Below the pieces are notes generated by a model that made no database searches, was not told the origin of the DNA, and saw only the letters and a list, made by a program, of their open reading frames with translations. 64,000 nt of DNA from an uncultured Chitinophagaceae bacterium (lineage in GTDB: Bacteria > Bacteroidota > Bacteroidia > Chitinophagales > Chitinophagaceae), in NCBI GenBank assembly GCA_963783125.1, contig CAWAMQ010000009.1, positions 5,474-69,473 on the forward strand, given 5' to 3'. Of the stretch, positions 61,376 through 64,000 are shown piece by piece. A program made the position numbers and the translations under genes. Numbering within the stretch: the first letter of the stretch is position 1; each line of letters starts with the position of its first letter.

Positions 61376-63790
61376 ATGCAAAATCCTCCCAAGAAAAAAG
61401 TAAACAAAAAAACGAAAATAAAGACCAGTGTTAAGATCTTATGGACTTTGGTGGCCGCCGGATTCGGGCTTTTTATAGTGGTACTTGCTTCCGCCTGGTT
61501 TGGCGTTTTCGGAAAACTACCTTCACTACAGGAATTAGAAAATCCCCAGGCAAATCTTGCAACAGAAATTTATGCCAACGATGGCAAAACCCTTATGGGA
61601 AAGATTTATACCGAAAACAGGGTTTCTGTTGATTATAAAAATATTTCCAAAAGCGTGATCGATGCGTTGATCTCTACCGAAGACATTCGTTTTTATGAAC
61701 ACTCCGGGATTGATCCTATTGCACTGGGAAGGGCTGTTAAAGGGTTTGGCAGGCAGGGAGGAGCGAGTACCATCACCCAACAACTTGCAAAAAATATCCT
61801 GCACCAGGGACGTGGTTCTGTGTTGAAACGGGGAATCGATAAGATTAAAGAATGGATTGTAGCGCTGAAGCTGGAACGCAATTTTACCAAACAGGAAATT
61901 ATCGCCTTATACCTTAACAGGGTTTCATGGTTAAATGTGTATGGTATCAGGAACGCTTCATTGGTTTATTTTCAAAAAGAGCCAGCCAAACTTACGCCGG
62001 ACGAAGCGGCTTTATTGGTCGGGATGCTTAGCGGGCCGGGAAAATATGATCCGAGACACAATCCAAAAGCTGCGCTGGCGAGAAGGAACCTTGTTTTGGA
62101 TCGCATGGTAACCAATAATGATCTTGCAGCGTCTGAAGCCGCTGTTCTAAAGAAAAAGCCGCTTGGTGTAAAATATAAGTTAGTAAGCGAGAGCCAGGGA
62201 ATTGCACCGTATTTCAGGTCTGTACTTATTAAAAAGTTACAGGATTGGTGTAATACCCACAAAGACCCTGTAACGGGTGATAACTATGATCTATACAGGG
62301 ATGGACTTAAAATTTACACGACAATCGATCCGAAAATGCAATTGTACGCAGAAGAGGCCGTGGTAAAACATATGACGTCGATGCAAAAGAAGTTCAACAG
62401 GCAATTGCCAAAGCACGTTTGGAAAGGAGAAGACAATATTTTAAACAGCGCCATGAAGGAAAGCGAACGCTGGAAAAATATGAAAGAAAATGGTGCATCA
62501 GACGCAGAAATTAAAAAATCTTTCCAGGAGCCTGTGAGCATGAAGATATTTGCATGGAACAAAAAGCGGGAAACAGATACAGTGATGACGCCGCTGGATT
62601 CTATAAAATACTGCAAGGAAATGATGCAAACCGGCTTTTGTGTCATGGATCCTGTAACAGGAGAGGTGAAAGCGTGGGTAGGAGGTATTGATTTCAAATG
62701 GTTCAAGTACGATCATGTTACTGCCAACAGGCAGGTTGGGTCTACGTTTAAGCCTATCCTTTATACATTGGCGATCACAGATGCGGGAATGACACCGGAC
62801 ACCTACATCGGTGGCAAGCCTATAACACTTGCCAATAAAACGATAACAGGTCCCGGCGGCACTATGGCGTATTGCCTTGCCAAATCCATTAACGTGGCGG
62901 CTTTTGATCTTATGAGCCGGATCGGCCCGAAAAAGACGGTAGAATTTGCCCATCAATGCGGCATAAAAAGCGATATACCTGAAGTGCCGTCAATCGCGTT
63001 GGGCTCGGCAGATATACAGTTGATTGAAATGCTGCAGGCTTATACAATGTTCCCGAACAGGGGCTTTAATACTGAACCGATTTATTTGACAAAAATCGAA
63101 GACAAAAATGGCAATGTATTGGAAACATTTGAGCCGAAAGTGAAACAGGTGATAAGTGAGATAGATGCATACACGATGGTAAAAATGATGGAAGGTGTGG
63201 TTAATTTTGGCACCGGCGGTTCTATGCGCTGGCGTTACGGGATCCAAAGTGATATAGGAGCCAAGACCGGAACTACCAATGACAATACTGACGGCTGGTT
63301 TATGGGCTATACGCCTCAACTGCTTGCCGGTGCGTGGGTTGGTAATGATGATCCTTTTCTGCATTTGCCAAAGTATGGAACCGGCGGAGGTAGCGATATG
63401 GCAATGCCTGAATGGGCTTACTTTATGCAAAAAGTATATGCCGACAAATCTCTTGGCATTGATCCGAAAGCTACATTTCAAAAACCGGTTGAATTAAACA
63501 ACAACCCGATTTACGCCGACCAAAATTTTGCCGCACTTTCCCAGCAAGGGCAGGGAATCGATTCGGCAGATGTGCAGGGCAACGGTAATGCTGATGATTA
63601 TGCGGCCCCGGCAGATGTTCCTGTAGAATCAGACTTTACCCAGCCTGCGCCGCAAAAACAGGCGACTAAAGAAGTAGCCAAGCCAATCGGGCCTAAAAAT
63701 TATATGCCTGCAAGTCCGCCAAACAACCAACCTGCCAAAAAGCCCAAAAATGTGATGCCCAAACCCGGCACCGCTAATAACGATTATTAA
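61376..63790 (+). CDS. Class A penicillin-binding protein 1A (transglycosylase + transpeptidase)
   Basis: EDIRFYEHSG, GASTITQQLAKN, RQVGSTFKP (SxxK), SIN, KTGT. Confidence 0.96.
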   Translation: MQNPPKKKVNKKTKIKTSVKILWTLVAAGFGLFIVVLASAWFGVFGKLPSLQELENPQANLATEIYANDGKTLMGKIYTENRVSVDYKNISKSVIDALISTEDIRFYEHSGIDPIALGRAVKGFGRQGGASTITQQLAKNILHQGRGSVLKRGIDKIKEWIVALKLERNFTKQEIIALYLNRVSWLNVYGIRNASLVYFQKEPAKLTPDEAALLVGMLSGPGKYDPRHNPKAALARRNLVLDRMVTNNDLAASEAAVLKKKPLGVKYKLVSESQGIAPYFRSVLIKKLQDWCNTHKDPVTGDNYDLYRDGLKIYTTIDPKMQLYAEEAVVKHMTSMQKKFNRQLPKHVWKGEDNILNSAMKESERWKNMKENGASDAEIKKSFQEPVSMKIFAWNKKRETDTVMTPLDSIKYCKEMMQTGFCVMDPVTGEVKAWVGGIDFKWFKYDHVTANRQVGSTFKPILYTLAITDAGMTPDTYIGGKPITLANKTITGPGGTMAYCLAKSINVAAFDLMSRIGPKKTVEFAHQCGIKSDIPEVPSIALGSADIQLIEMLQAYTMFPNRGFNTEPIYLTKIEDKNGNVLETFEPKVKQVISEIDAYTMVKMMEGVVNFGTGGSMRWRYGIQSDIGAKTGTTNDNTDGWFMGYTPQLLAGAWVGNDDPFLHLPKYGTGGGSDMAMPEWAYFMQKVYADKSLGIDPKATFQKPVELNNNPIYADQNFAALSQQGQGIDSADVQGNGNADDYAAPADVPVESDFTQPAPQKQATKEVAKPIGPKNYMPASPPNNQPAKKPKNVMPKPGTANNDY

Positions 63791-63880
63791 GGCAACCCCG
63801 TGGTGTAGGTATTCAAAAAAAATATTATAGACCCCGTATTAGTAGCATTATATTTGCAGCTCAAAAAAATAAATTTTAGT

Positions 63881-64000
63881 ATGAAAAAAATACAACTCTT
63901 TTTTGCGGCGGCAATCTGCAGTTCGACGGTTACCATCGCCCAATCAAATACTGCGTTGAAATTGCCAACAGGCAAAACATACCAGGTAGAAAATAAACTT
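63881..64000 (+). CDS. Partial secreted protein (5' end)
   Basis: MKKIQLFFAAAICSSTVTIAQSNTALKLPTGKTYQVENKL runs off the window; TATATTTG box at 63849-63856. Confidence 0.7.
   Translation, partial: MKKIQLFFAAAICSSTVTIAQSNTALKLPTGKTYQVENKL

Noticed and set aside
1-64000. Numerous short overlapping or antisense ORFs in the six-frame track (e.g. 10773-11051, 15813-16178, 62990-63481)
   Set aside because: They are shadows of well-supported genes, with no motifs or independent start context.
1-64000. rRNA, tRNA, tmRNA, riboswitches, transposases, phage genes
   Set aside because: No recognisable sequence or structure found; ssrA is not next to smpB in this window.

Overview
Bacterial chromosomal segment from a Bacteroidota genome, most like Chitinophagaceae. 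Support: many TAnnTTTG -7 promoter boxes, AT-rich translation starts without Shine-Dalgarno sequences, and a T9SS PorW/SprE-like gene. About 50 CDS are present, mostly housekeeping or metabolic: ppdK, membrane PPase, DEAD-box helicase, GH13, ispH, ferritin, sdaA, smpB, accD, fbaB, ldhA, glucan phosphorylase, tgt, GH144, groES/groEL, trmH and PBP1A. There is also a secreted-hydrolase/ECF cluster at the left end. I see no rRNA, tRNA, CRISPR array, integrase or transposase. Two unexplained structures stand out. (1) A conserved ~17-bp motif, YAGTAAAY-NRAS-WWWT, recurs in many intergenic gaps on either strand. (2) A modular array at 34.6-37.1 kb has seven related ~30-bp ends carrying that motif. 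These ends delimit same-orientation gene-bearing units (VanZ, lipoprotein, TPR protein) and gene-less REP-containing units, resembling a non-integron cassette system. Protein-level oddities: a glucan phosphorylase whose PLP lysine is Thr, a membrane PPase with a 113-aa C-terminal extension, a TPR-LuxR + flavin monooxygenase module that looks imported, and an unannotated 33-aa membrane peptide upstream of ferritin. All family assignments come from motif recognition and recall; no database search was run.
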